Below, piece after piece: positions 43,480 to 60,974 of a DNA stretch of 64,000 bases (position 1 is its first letter; the number at the start of each line of letters is the position of its first letter). The stretch covers positions 1,139 through 65,138 of the forward strand of contig CACYQU010000004.1 of NCBI GenBank assembly GCA_902776615.1. The letters run 5' to 3'. The notes beneath the pieces are model-generated. The model was not told the origin of the DNA and did no database searches. It saw only the letters and a program-made list of their open reading frames with translations. Both the position numbers and the translations under genes were made by a program. Source of the DNA: an uncultured bacterium. Lineage in GTDB: Bacteria > Verrucomicrobiota > Kiritimatiellia > RFP12 > UBA1067.

Positions 43480-45579
43480 TCAGCAATCGACGCATGGAGC
43501 CGCAGCGGCGGCAGGCGCCACGACCGCACGGTCGTCGTCGAATCCAAGCCGCCACGTGTTGTCGCGGATGTCGTTGAGGCATGGTTTGAGCCCCGCGCCA
43601 TCGATTGGCGAGAGTTTTATCAAGTGCGTCGCATGGCCGGGAACCGAAACTTCGTAGCGTCCTTCCGCCACGCCTTCGTCGGCCTGGCGCCAGAGATCGC
43701 GAACCTTCCATTCCCCTTTCATGCCCAAACGGGAGAAGTCCACGGTTATTTTGCGCTCCTCGATATCGGCGTTGAGAAGCGCAAACGCCATAGTGCCATC
43801 AGCCAGCGGACGCGCCCACACTTCGGTAGACGCAGGTTTGTCCTCCAGAACGAGCGCAGCCGCCGCGCCGAGTCCATCCTGATCAATGGCGAGAACTTCA
43901 TCGTTCGTCAGGAGCGAAAGCGTGAATTCGTCCATAAGCGACAAGTCGCATCCTATCATGAGCGGCGAGGCGAACATGCACCACATGGAGATGTGGGTGT
44001 AGCATTCGTTCTGTGTGAGGCGTCCCTTGGACCACACCGTGCGCCCGACGACAAGCATGTCGGCGTCGTTCCATGCGCCGGGTCCGGAATACATCCAGTG
44101 CGGCGCCTGCGAGCGAATGCCTGTTCCATATACGCTCGGCCAAGTGTCGAACACATCGCCTGTAGTGCGCCAGCACTGTCCGCCGGACTGTTCGCCCCAA
44201 GTCGGGACGTTCTCGTTGCCGTACTGGCAAAGCGAAAACACGATATCGCGCGGCTGCATCTTGAGGAAGCGGCCCATCAGGAAGTACGGGCGCGTATGAT
44301 ATTCGCGTCCTGAACCTGTTGCGACCGCGCCGTAGCTGCACCAGTCGTACTTGAGATAATCGTAGCCCCATTCGGCGTAGCTTTTCGCGTCCTGGAGTTC
44401 ATGCAGCCAACTACCCGTGCAGCCTCCGCAAGTATACGGGCCGGGCGAAGAATAAAGGCCAGCCTTGAAGCCCTTGGAATGTATGTAGTCGGCCAGAGCC
44501 TTCATATCGGGGAAGCGGGCGTTCGGCGCTATAGTACCGTCGGGATTGCGCTCCGGCCCCGCAAGCGTCGGGTCGCTCTTTCCGTTTTCGGGGTTCTTCT
44601 GCCAGAAGTCGTCGATGTTCACATACGCCCAGCCGTGCTCGTCGAGGCCGAGCTCGACCATCTTGTCGACAGCCGTCTTCATCTTGTCGGCGCTAACGCT
44701 TCCTGCGAAAGCGTTCCAACTGTTCCAACCCATAGGCGGCGTAAGGGCGATCTTGTCGCCGATAACGAACGCTACCGTCTTCTCGTCCCTTCCGGCGGAG
44801 TTCGAGGCAGTGAATCTTATGCGATATTCGCCCGGCTTTTCGATTGCGCCGGAGAGAATTCGCGTGGCGGGGTCGAAGTTGAGCGCGGAGGCGCCGCTTC
44901 CTATCGCAAGCGCGTCACACGCCGCAGTCGCGGCGATCGGCTTTGCGCCGGAAACGGGCAGTTTGAAAAGTATCGGACGCCCCGGCCTCGCGCCGTAACG
45001 GACTGGCGCATTGATCTTGGGCACGGCAGACGGTTTCGGCGTCAGTATGCCAAGCTGGCGCGTAAGCGAACCCGACGGAAGCGGCCCGGCGCCGTCCCTG
45101 AAAACAAAGAAAGCGTCCGCCCAGTCGGCGTGGTCGAAGTAATTGCCGTCGCCTCCCTCGGTCACTTCAAGCGTCGCGATTTTCGCGCCAGAGAGGTCGG
45201 CCTTCAGCGGAACGCTTCTGCCGCGCTCGCTCTTCGCCTCGGCTACGAGACGTCCGTCGGCGTATATGCGAAACGCCACCGCCCCTTTGCCGTCCGTTTC
45301 GTCGTCAACGCCGACCTTCGCCTCAAACGAAAGCGCGGCGCCTCCAAGCGCCACCTTGTACACGCTTGGCGCATGAGTGCCGACGCCTCGCGCGAATTCC
45401 TCACCGCCGACCCGCAGAGCATTGCCGCCGATCGATTTGCGGGCGGCAGGCTTTCCCCAGCCACAGGACATGAGGTCGATTTCGGTCTCGTCAAGCCAGT
45501 GCTTCTCGGCACCGGCCGCACAAGCAGCCGACAGCACGGTGACTGCGAGTGCAATATGCGCGTATTTCATAAGGGGCAC
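43480..45579 (-). CDS. Secreted GH27-family alpha-galactosidase / alpha-N-acetylgalactosaminidase with an N-terminal NPCBM-like module and an Ig-like domain.
   Basis: Signal peptide MPLMKYAHIALAVTVLSAACAAGA. The NPCBM-like block is ...FDHADWADAFFV. The GH27 catalytic motifs are PPMGWNSWNAF and YLKYDWCSY. Confidence 0.85.
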   Translation of the reverse strand: MPLMKYAHIALAVTVLSAACAAGAEKHWLDETEIDLMSCGWGKPAARKSIGGNALRVGGEEFARGVGTHAPSVYKVALGGAALSFEAKVGVDDETDGKGAVAFRIYADGRLVAEAKSERGRSVPLKADLSGAKIATLEVTEGGDGNYFDHADWADAFFVFRDGAGPLPSGSLTRQLGILTPKPSAVPKINAPVRYGARPGRPILFKLPVSGAKPIAATAACDALAIGSGASALNFDPATRILSGAIEKPGEYRIRFTASNSAGRDEKTVAFVIGDKIALTPPMGWNSWNAFAGSVSADKMKTAVDKMVELGLDEHGWAYVNIDDFWQKNPENGKSDPTLAGPERNPDGTIAPNARFPDMKALADYIHSKGFKAGLYSSPGPYTCGGCTGSWLHELQDAKSYAEWGYDYLKYDWCSYGAVATGSGREYHTRPYFLMGRFLKMQPRDIVFSLCQYGNENVPTWGEQSGGQCWRTTGDVFDTWPSVYGTGIRSQAPHWMYSGPGAWNDADMLVVGRTVWSKGRLTQNECYTHISMWCMFASPLMIGCDLSLMDEFTLSLLTNDEVLAIDQDGLGAAAALVLEDKPASTEVWARPLADGTMAFALLNADIEERKITVDFSRLGMKGEWKVRDLWRQADEGVAEGRYEVSVPGHATHLIKLSPIDGAGLKPCLNDIRDNTWRLGFDDDRAVVAPAAAAAPCVDC

Positions 45580-45591
45580 GATCCTTTCGTG

Positions 45592-47121
45592 TTATCTTGC
45601 CGGAACAAAATCTATGCGGCGTTGCGCGAAATCCACACCCGCCACATGCACTTTGAGCATGCATCCAGGCCGCCAGCTTCCTCCGCCCGGCGCCGAAAGC
45701 GATCCGTCGCTCTCGTTGTAGCGCACGAACCTGTTCGAAAGCATGCTTATGTGCACAAGACCAGATACGGCAATCTCGGGGATTTCCACAAAGCATCCGA
45801 ACGGCGTGCACTTGGACACTACCGCATCGTAGTCGAGTATCTGGCGGGACGCCAGCTGCTCTTCGAGAAGGCGGTACTTCTTTATCTCCACAAGACCGCG
45901 CTCTGCGTCGGCTGCGACGCCTTCCATCTCGGTCGTATGCTCCGCCCAGCGGGTAAGAAGATCAGGCTTGACTTTCGCGGCCTTCGCGCCGCCTTCGAGA
46001 AACGCGGCGAGCTGACGGTGGAGCGTAAGATCGGGATAGCGCCGTATAGGCGAGGTGAAATGGGCGTAGTACTTCTTGGCAAGGCCGAAATGCCCTATTC
46101 TTGTCGAGTCGTAGACTGCGCGTTTCATCGACCGCAGAACCATCATCGCCATCGTCGGATAGAGCGGGTTCGTGCGAATGGTTTTGAGAAGCTGCGCGAA
46201 AACCTTCGGGTTCGTTATGTTGCCGGTTTTTACGCCGAGACCGCGCAGCTCCGCCCTGAGGGCGAAAACCTTTTCTTCGTCCGGCGGCTCGTGCAGGCGC
46301 GCGAGAATCCTCACGCCCTTGGTCCACAGTTCCTTCGCCACGGCCTCGTTCGCGGCGACCATGCATTCCTCGACCATCTGGTGAGACTCGTCATATGGGC
46401 GGGTCACGAGGCCCATCATCTCGCCGTCGGCGTCGAGGAGGACTTCGGCCTCCGGAATCTCAATATCCAGCGCGCCTTCCGCGAATCTCTTGGCCCGCAA
46501 CTGCCGGGCGAGCTCGTTTATGGCAAGAATCGTCTTGAGATCCTTCGAGCCGCGCGCCGCCTTCGCGCCGCCGGAGATCACCGTCATGACCTGTTCGTAG
46601 GTGAAGCGCGCCTTCGACCTGATGATGGACTTGGCGAAAGAACGCTTCGTCATCTCTCCATTCTTGTCGAACGTCATGAACACGCTGAACGCCAGCCTGT
46701 CCTCGCCGGGCATTAGCGAGCATACACCGTTCGAAAGCTCCTCCGGGAGCATCGGCACGACGCGGTCCGCCAGATACACGCTCGTCGAGCGACGGTACGC
46801 CTCGCGATCGAGGGCGGAGCCGGGCTTCACGTAATGGGAGACGTCCGCTATGTGCACGCCAAGCGTACGGTTGCCGCGGCGGTCGGTTTCGAGCGACAGC
46901 GCGTCGTCAAAGTCGCGGGCCGTCGCAGGGTCGCATGTGAATATGAATTTCTTCCTCAAATCAAGCCGACCCGAGGCGTCCGCCTTGCGCGGAACCTTCC
47001 GCGCTTCGGCAAGCACATTGGGCGGAAACGCCTTGGGCAGCTTGTAGAACTTCATCACCGCCGCCGTATCCTCGCGGGGCGTCTTGCCTGGCGGCGGGAA
47101 TGAAGTTTCTTTTTTGGTCAT
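45592..47121 (-). CDS. RNase II/R-family 3'-5' exoribonuclease consisting of only the RNB and S1 domains, with no N-terminal cold-shock domains.
   Basis: The RNB catalytic region is FTCDPATARDFDDALSLE...HIADVSHYV and the C-terminal S1-like domain is ...GCMLKVHVAGVDFAQRRIDF. At 509 aa, starting 5 nt after the rpoC stop. Confidence 0.85.
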   Translation of the reverse strand: MTKKETSFPPPGKTPREDTAAVMKFYKLPKAFPPNVLAEARKVPRKADASGRLDLRKKFIFTCDPATARDFDDALSLETDRRGNRTLGVHIADVSHYVKPGSALDREAYRRSTSVYLADRVVPMLPEELSNGVCSLMPGEDRLAFSVFMTFDKNGEMTKRSFAKSIIRSKARFTYEQVMTVISGGAKAARGSKDLKTILAINELARQLRAKRFAEGALDIEIPEAEVLLDADGEMMGLVTRPYDESHQMVEECMVAANEAVAKELWTKGVRILARLHEPPDEEKVFALRAELRGLGVKTGNITNPKVFAQLLKTIRTNPLYPTMAMMVLRSMKRAVYDSTRIGHFGLAKKYYAHFTSPIRRYPDLTLHRQLAAFLEGGAKAAKVKPDLLTRWAEHTTEMEGVAADAERGLVEIKKYRLLEEQLASRQILDYDAVVSKCTPFGCFVEIPEIAVSGLVHISMLSNRFVRYNESDGSLSAPGGGSWRPGCMLKVHVAGVDFAQRRIDFVPAR

Positions 47122-47126
47122 CGGCT

Positions 47127-51485
<4,359 letters not shown>

Positions 51486-51508
51486 TTTCTTGTATTTCCT
51501 TAAATGGA

Positions 51509-55447
<3,939 letters not shown>

Positions 55448-55566
55448 CTGAACTTACCTTTTCTGTTGTTTTGATGCGAAAATTTGCGCGTTTAACCCCG
55501 AATATACCTGAAGTGTGGTAAGCGGCCACTTTGTTAACTGTGTACATTCCGAGAGAATTGAATGGA

Positions 55567-55579
55567 TAGTATATCATAT
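55567..55579 (-). promoter_or_regulatory. Extended -10 TGATATACT, about 115 nt upstream of rpoB.
   Basis: The minus strand reads AAATATGATATACTATCCATTC. Confidence 0.4.
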
Positions 55580-55635
55580 TTTCACCCACCGCACAAGTGC
55601 CCCAGGTTGCGCGGCTTGGGTAGGGACGCTTCACG

Positions 55636-55646
55636 CCCCCCCCCCC
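55636..55646. repeat. Homopolymeric tract of C x 11 (G11 on the rpoB strand) in the rpoB upstream region, about 60-75 nt upstream of the -10 box.
   Basis: Read directly from the sequence: ttcacgCCCCCCCCCCCtgttcac. Confidence 0.6.
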
Positions 55647-55730
55647 TGTTCACGCTGGTGCCCAGATACTTTCGGGGACTGGCCTCGGTTTTCCCTATAA
55701 TGGAGAATGGCGGGGAAGGAGCAATAAGCG

Positions 55731-56543
55731 CTATCTTGGAGCTGTTGGAGAGGTGAGCCAGTGCTCGGCAGTGGCGAATCTTTCAAATGCGCAGTCTATC
55801 GTGTCGGCGGCATGTGCGTCGGAACTGAGGATGTATCTTACGCCGCGTTCGCGAAGCAGCGCGCGGAAAGATGCGGACGGGTAGGCGTCGTCCATCCATC
55901 CGCGCGATATCGCGCCCGTGTTCACTTCCACGATCTTGCCGCTGGACGCGACCGCGTCCGCCGTCTTGCACAGTTCGTCGATGTACCATGAGGCGGTCTC
56001 GTCGAAATACGAATGTTTGGAGTTGAACTTCCTCACGAGGTCGAGGTGGCCGACTATGTCGAAATCGAACTTTTCAACCATCTTTCGCTGTTGCGCGAAG
56101 TATGCGCGAATGTATGCCTCTACGCTGCCCCCGAAGTGGTCGCGGATTCCATCGAAAAGCGATTGCGGCGTTTTATCGACGCATACGAGCGCACCGTCGG
56201 GCGCGGCGACGAAATGGACTGATCCAATGATGTAGTCTGGTTTCATGGCCGCATATGTAGAGCGGTCTGGGGTGGCGCTACCTGGCGCGTAGTCGGCCTC
56301 GACGCCGCAGAGCACTTTGATGCGTCCAGCGTATTTTGCGGCGAGTGCGCGCAGTTCGGCGGCATAGCGCAACGCCTTTTCAGGCGTGAGAACCCAATCA
56401 AGCAGGGGATTGGGGAGCATCGCGTGGGACGAGAACCCGATTGCTTCGAATCCCTTGTCTATGGCCGACAACACGACGGCTTCGGGGGTGTCGCGGCCAT
56501 CACACCAAGTGGTGTGGGTATGGTAGTTGGATTTTGGGATCAT
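55731..56543 (-). CDS. PHP-domain phosphoesterase, most like HisK-family histidinol-phosphatase. The start at MIPKSNYHTHTT overlaps the upstream gene's stop as ATGA.
   Basis: PHP motifs NYHTHTTWCDG, GFSSH and HLDLV. About 270 aa. Confidence 0.7.
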   Translation of the reverse strand: MIPKSNYHTHTTWCDGRDTPEAVVLSAIDKGFEAIGFSSHAMLPNPLLDWVLTPEKALRYAAELRALAAKYAGRIKVLCGVEADYAPGSATPDRSTYAAMKPDYIIGSVHFVAAPDGALVCVDKTPQSLFDGIRDHFGGSVEAYIRAYFAQQRKMVEKFDFDIVGHLDLVRKFNSKHSYFDETASWYIDELCKTADAVASSGKIVEVNTGAISRGWMDDAYPSASFRALLRERGVRYILSSDAHAADTIDCAFERFATAEHWLTSPTAPR

Positions 56544-57688
56544 ATCTCCACGAGTCCGTCGGGGCGCGTTCCCGCGAGGCCATGCGCCGCAGCGAGGAGC
56601 ATTCCATAGTTCACAATCGGCACGCACGCCTCGCGGCAGATGCCTATGCGCCGCAGCACTTCGCGCCTAGTGAGCATGCATCCGCCGCACTGAACAACGA
56701 GTGCTGGCGCATCCGCGCCGGGCGACACTCCGAAGGCCGCGCCGCTTGCGAACGAAAACTGCAGTTGGCGGCCTGCGATTTTCGCGAGCGCCTTGGGAAT
56801 CTTCACAGTTCCGATATCGTTGCACTGGCGGTGGTGGGTGCAACCTTCGGCGACGAGCACGCGGTCGCCGTCCTTGAGCGAACGGATCGCGGCAAGTCCT
56901 TTGAGGTATTCGGCAAGGTCGCCTTTCTGCCGCGCGAAAAGTATCGAGAATGACGTAAGCGCAGGGCGGTTCTCGGGCGGCATGTCGGCGAGCACGCGCC
57001 TTACCTCGCCAAACGCCTGAGAGTCGGTCACTACCAGGCTGCACCGCAATTCGCGCAGCACGTCGCGCAATTCGCGTGGCTGGCAAACTGCACACCACGC
57101 GCCTATATCGAGACATTCGCGGATGAGCTGCACCTGCGGCAGAATGAGGCGTCCCTTCGGGGCGCTTTCATCTATCGGACAGACGCATACTATGCGGTCT
57201 TTTGGACTGGCGATTCCGTCCAGAAGACCCGGAGGCATGTCTGCGAGACGCAGGGCGGCGATTCTGGCCCTGAGCGCATCCACCGAATCGCCACGCCGAT
57301 ATTCGAGAACGGCGACTCCCCTTCTGCGGCATTCGTCATCGAAGCGTTTTCTGAAGAGATTTTCGGTCGAACTGCTTGGCGCGGTTTCACCATCTACCCA
57401 CACGGCGATATCGGCCGTCGCCAGAACCGAAAGCGTTTTTTCGACTCGCTTGCCGCCAAGCTCGCCGACATCGTCTAGACCTGCGGTGTCGGTTACGAGG
57501 CACGGGCCGAGCGGCAGAATCTCCATCGCCTTGGAGACTGGGTCGGTGGTAGTGCCGGCGACGTCGCTTACGATTGCGACATCCTGGCGGGTGAACGAGT
57601 TTACCAGCGTCGACTTGCCGGCGTTTCGCAGTCCGAAAAAGGCGATGTGTATGCGGTCGCCTTTCGGCGTTTCGTTCAATCCCGCCAA
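56540..57688 (-). CDS. hydF: HydF-like GTPase of the [FeFe]-hydrogenase maturation GTPase family.
   Basis: The N-terminal GTPase domain is IHIAFFGLRNAGKSTLVNSFTRQDVAIVSDVAGTTTDPVSKAMEILPLGPCLVTDTAGLDDVGELGGKRVEKT. The C-terminal Cys/His cluster region is EGCTHHRQC...VVQCGGC. Confidence 0.65.
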   Translation of the reverse strand: MAGLNETPKGDRIHIAFFGLRNAGKSTLVNSFTRQDVAIVSDVAGTTTDPVSKAMEILPLGPCLVTDTAGLDDVGELGGKRVEKTLSVLATADIAVWVDGETAPSSSTENLFRKRFDDECRRRGVAVLEYRRGDSVDALRARIAALRLADMPPGLLDGIASPKDRIVCVCPIDESAPKGRLILPQVQLIRECLDIGAWCAVCQPRELRDVLRELRCSLVVTDSQAFGEVRRVLADMPPENRPALTSFSILFARQKGDLAEYLKGLAAIRSLKDGDRVLVAEGCTHHRQCNDIGTVKIPKALAKIAGRQLQFSFASGAAFGVSPGADAPALVVQCGGCMLTRREVLRRIGICREACVPIVNYGMLLAAAHGLAGTRPDGLVEI

Positions 57689-57701
57689 GACGGAGTCCCT
57701 T

Positions 57702-58541
57702 TTACTTGAAGAAGTTGCCCATGGCCCGCAACTTGGCGTAGCGGCGGTCGAGCAGCTCGTCCGGCGGCACGCCCTTTAGCGAGGCGAGGGCCTTGAGAAC
57801 GGCCTTCTTGACGTTCGCCGCTGCGGCGGCGTGGTTTTTTTGCGCTCCGCCAGCCGGCTCTTTGACGATTTCGTCGATCGCGCCGAGCTTGAGGAGGTCT
57901 GGCGCTGTTATCTTGAGAGCCTCGGCGGCCTCTGGCGCTTTTGCGCCGTCACGCCACAGGATGCCTGCGCAGCCTTCGGGGGAGATTACGGAATACACCG
58001 CGTTCTCCAACATAAGGACGACATCGCCCACAGCTATGGCAAGCGCTCCGCCCGAACCGCCTTCGCCCGTTACCACGACCACGACGGGCGTTTTGAGTCC
58101 GGCGAAGAATTCAAGCGACTTGGCAATCGCCTCGGCCTGGCCGCGAGCCTCCGCCGTGTCGCCGGGATAGGCGCCGGGAGTGTCCACGAAAGTGACCACC
58201 GGCAGGCGGAACTTCTCTGCAAGCTTCGCAAGGCGCATGGCTTTGCGGTAACCATCCGGGTTCACCATGCCGAAGTTGGCCTCCATATTCTCCTCGACGG
58301 TCGCGCCTTTATGATGGCCGAGCACGAGAACCTTCTCGCCGTCTATTGTCGCGAAGCCGCCGACGAGCCCGCGGTCGTCGTTGACGAGGCGATCGCCGTG
58401 CAGTTCTTCGAAATCGGAACACATCAGCCGTATGAAGTCGCCTATGTGAGGCCTTTGGGGGTCTCGTGCGAGCTTCACGCGGTCCATCGCGGACATCTTT
58501 GCGCTCTTTGCCTTGGCGGCAGCGGTCTTTTTCGCAGACAT
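57702..58541 (-). CDS. accA: Acetyl-CoA carboxylase carboxyltransferase alpha subunit.
   Basis: Crotonase-fold carboxyltransferase motifs LPVVTFVDTPGAYPG and GEGGSGGALAIA. Confidence 0.95.
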   Translation of the reverse strand: MSAKKTAAAKAKSAKMSAMDRVKLARDPQRPHIGDFIRLMCSDFEELHGDRLVNDDRGLVGGFATIDGEKVLVLGHHKGATVEENMEANFGMVNPDGYRKAMRLAKLAEKFRLPVVTFVDTPGAYPGDTAEARGQAEAIAKSLEFFAGLKTPVVVVVTGEGGSGGALAIAVGDVVLMLENAVYSVISPEGCAGILWRDGAKAPEAAEALKITAPDLLKLGAIDEIVKEPAGGAQKNHAAAAANVKKAVLKALASLKGVPPDELLDRRYAKLRAMGNFFK

Positions 58542-58543
58542 TG

Positions 58544-59371
58544 TCAGAACCCCCAGTAGTTAAGCATCTTGGCGATGAAAGCCTTCATATCCTTGCGCAT
58601 GACGATCTTGTCGATAAAACCGTGCTTCTCCAGATACTCGGCCGACTGGAAATCGTCGGGCAGCTTCTGGTGAATCGTATTCTCGATTACACGGCGACCG
58701 GCGAAACCTATCAGCGCGCGCGGCTCGGTTATGTTTATGTCGCCCAGCATCGCATAGCTGGCCGAAACACCACCCGTGGTAGGATCGGTAAGAACCGAAA
58801 TGTAGGGCAGCCCCGCGTCCTTCAACCGGCCGATTGCGGCGGAAGTCTTGGCCATCTGCATGAGCGAGAGTATGCCTTCGTGCATACGGGCCCCGCCCGA
58901 TGCGCTGAAAAGGACGAGCGGACGCCGCTCGGCGATGGCCTGCTCGCAGGCGCGGGCGATGCGCTCGCCCGTACCGGTGCCTAGGCTTCCGCCCATGAAC
59001 GAAAAGTCCATGACGCCGAGCATCGCCTTGTGGCCGCCAATTTCGCATGTTCCCATGACGATCGACTCCGTCTCGCCAGTCTTTGCGATCGCCGCCTCGA
59101 CTTTGTCGCGATAGGAACCGGTGGCATCGTGGAACTTGAGATGGTCGGAATAGCCCACCTCGCGGAACACTTCAGAGAAAGTGCCTTCGTCGGCGATCTG
59201 CCCGATGCGTTCGCGCGCGGAGAGCCGACCGTGATAGCCGCATTTCGGACAAATCCGCGCGTTGTCCTTCCACACCTGCTTCTCAAAATGGCTCATGCAC
59301 TTGGGACATATCGCCCAAAGCGCCTTGGCCGGAGGAATCTTTGGTTTTTCCTTTTGTTCGAACCAACCCAT
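58544..59371 (-). CDS. accD: Acetyl-CoA carboxylase carboxyltransferase beta subunit.
   Basis: N-terminal Zn-ribbon CPKCMSHFEKQVWKDNARICPKCGYH, and the carboxyltransferase core GGSLGTGTGERI. Confidence 0.95.
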   Translation of the reverse strand: MGWFEQKEKPKIPPAKALWAICPKCMSHFEKQVWKDNARICPKCGYHGRLSARERIGQIADEGTFSEVFREVGYSDHLKFHDATGSYRDKVEAAIAKTGETESIVMGTCEIGGHKAMLGVMDFSFMGGSLGTGTGERIARACEQAIAERRPLVLFSASGGARMHEGILSLMQMAKTSAAIGRLKDAGLPYISVLTDPTTGGVSASYAMLGDINITEPRALIGFAGRRVIENTIHQKLPDDFQSAEYLEKHGFIDKIVMRKDMKAFIAKMLNYWGF

Positions 59372-59402
59372 GTCTACCCTCTCGTTACGGTTTGCGATGA
59401 TT

Positions 59403-59975
59403 TCAAAACGGCATGAACACTATGCCGTATATACTGGCCGGTTTGCCGCCCACAGCCCTGAGCGAATGGGTGACTACAGAGTTGTAGTAGGCAGTGTCGC
59501 CAGGTTTCAACGTAGTGACGATCTCTTTGCCGTATTTGAGCTCGACCTCTCCGGCGAGGCATATGATAAGCTCCTCGCCTTCATGGGAGGACGATTCGTC
59601 GCGCCCGTCCGCAGCGAATTCGATGCGGAACGGATCCATGTGGCGATCGGGCTTGCCGATGGCGAGCGAGTGGGAAGCGTAGCCGAGGTCGTTCAATCCT
59701 TCGCCGGCGACTTTGGCGGCTTCGAGGTCGGCCGCGCGCGTGATGATGGGATCGGGCTTGAACTGGTCGTCCATAAACGTTCCAAGCCGCTGGCCGAGCG
59801 CGCGCGAAAGTTTGGTAAGCACGCCAAGAGCGGGAAGCACCTCGCCCTTCTCGATGGAATTGATGACTTTTTCGTCTATTCCGCTTCTCTGGGCGAGATC
59901 ATAGATGCTCATGTCGAGCTTCTCGCGGAAGATGCGGATTCTGCGTCCTACTTTTGATTCTGTGGCCATTGACAT
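59403..59975 (-). CDS. XRE-family HTH transcriptional regulator with a C-terminal cupin domain.
   Basis: HTH_3 region IRIFREKLDMSIYDLAQRSGIDEKVINSIEKGEV, and the cupin region GEELIICLAGEVELKYGKEIVTTLKPGDTAYY...H. Confidence 0.85.
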   Translation of the reverse strand: MSMATESKVGRRIRIFREKLDMSIYDLAQRSGIDEKVINSIEKGEVLPALGVLTKLSRALGQRLGTFMDDQFKPDPIITRAADLEAAKVAGEGLNDLGYASHSLAIGKPDRHMDPFRIEFAADGRDESSSHEGEELIICLAGEVELKYGKEIVTTLKPGDTAYYNSVVTHSLRAVGGKPASIYGIVFMPF

Positions 59976-59995
59976 GCCTTTCTTGGTTTGTTGGA

Positions 59996-60008
59996 ATATT
60001 ATACCACA
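59996..60008 (-). promoter_or_regulatory. Extended -10 TGGTATAAT, about 25 nt upstream of the XRE-cupin ATG.
   Basis: The minus strand reads ATTTGTGGTATAATATTCCAAC. Confidence 0.4.
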
Positions 60009-60034
60009 AATCCCCGCGAAACGCATAATGGCGT

Positions 60035-60970
60035 CTAGTGGGCTGCTCCGGCAAGATCCGCGACCGACGCGAAGCCGTGGCGAGTGCAGTATTCTTCGAT
60101 TCCGTCGAGAACCCTGCGCGCCGTCGAAGGATCGCTGAACGTGGCCGTTCCTACGGCAACCGCAGTTGCTCCCGCAAGAAGAAACTCTATCGCATCCTTC
60201 GCCTCGTACACGCCCCCCATCGCAAGTATCGGCAGTTTGGTCGCCTTGTGCGCATCATAGACGAGCTTCACCGCCACAGGGTGTATGCCGCGTCCGGAAA
60301 GGCCTCCGCTGACGTTGGCGAGCACAGGTCTGCGCCGTTCAATGTCGATCACCATCGCAGGAATCGTGTTTATCATCGAAAGAGCGTCCGCGCCGCCATC
60401 CTCGCACGCCTTCACATACGGGCGCACGTCAGGCACGTTCGGCGCAAGCTTTACGATCAGCGGCAGGGCAGTCTTCGCGCGAACGGCCGAGACGAGGCGG
60501 TTCAGCACGGAGGGATCCTGTCCGAACGTGTGGCCGCCCTCTTTCACATTGGGGCAACTCACGTTGCACTCTATCGCTTTTATCGCCGCGCATTCGGGCG
60601 TAGCCGCCGCTTCGGTGAGACGCCGCGCGACTTCCGCATATTCGTCAACGCTGCCGCCCCAAATGTTGACGATCATCGGAGGCGCGTCCTTCACCTGTGC
60701 AGTGTAGTGGGGAACGGTGATGTCGAGAAAATGGTCCAGACCCGTGCCCTGGAGCCCTATCGCGTTTACGAGGCCGCCGTAAACCTCGGCGTGACGCGGC
60801 ATCGCATTGCCAGGCCAAGGGGCGAGCCTTATGCCCTTCGCGGTCACGGCGCCAAGACAGGAATAGTCCAGCGCGCCCGCATACTCGAATCCGTAGCCGA
60901 AAGTCCCGCTCGCGGTGGCGACAGGCGTCGCCATCTCAAGACCGCCTAGATTGACCTTTGTGGAAACCAT
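60035..60970 (-). CDS. pyrD: Dihydroorotate dehydrogenase catalytic subunit (class 1B).
   Basis: Motifs LEMATPVATASGTFGYGFEYAG and ...NVSCPNVKEGG. It lies directly downstream of pyrK. Confidence 0.9.
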   Translation of the reverse strand: MVSTKVNLGGLEMATPVATASGTFGYGFEYAGALDYSCLGAVTAKGIRLAPWPGNAMPRHAEVYGGLVNAIGLQGTGLDHFLDITVPHYTAQVKDAPPMIVNIWGGSVDEYAEVARRLTEAAATPECAAIKAIECNVSCPNVKEGGHTFGQDPSVLNRLVSAVRAKTALPLIVKLAPNVPDVRPYVKACEDGGADALSMINTIPAMVIDIERRRPVLANVSGGLSGRGIHPVAVKLVYDAHKATKLPILAMGGVYEAKDAIEFLLAGATAVAVGTATFSDPSTARRVLDGIEEYCTRHGFASVADLAGAAH

Positions 60971-60974
60971 GGCT

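Noticed and set aside
44401-46716. A 771-aa plus-strand ORF.
   Set aside because: It is antisense to the GH27 and RNB genes and is a shadow ORF.
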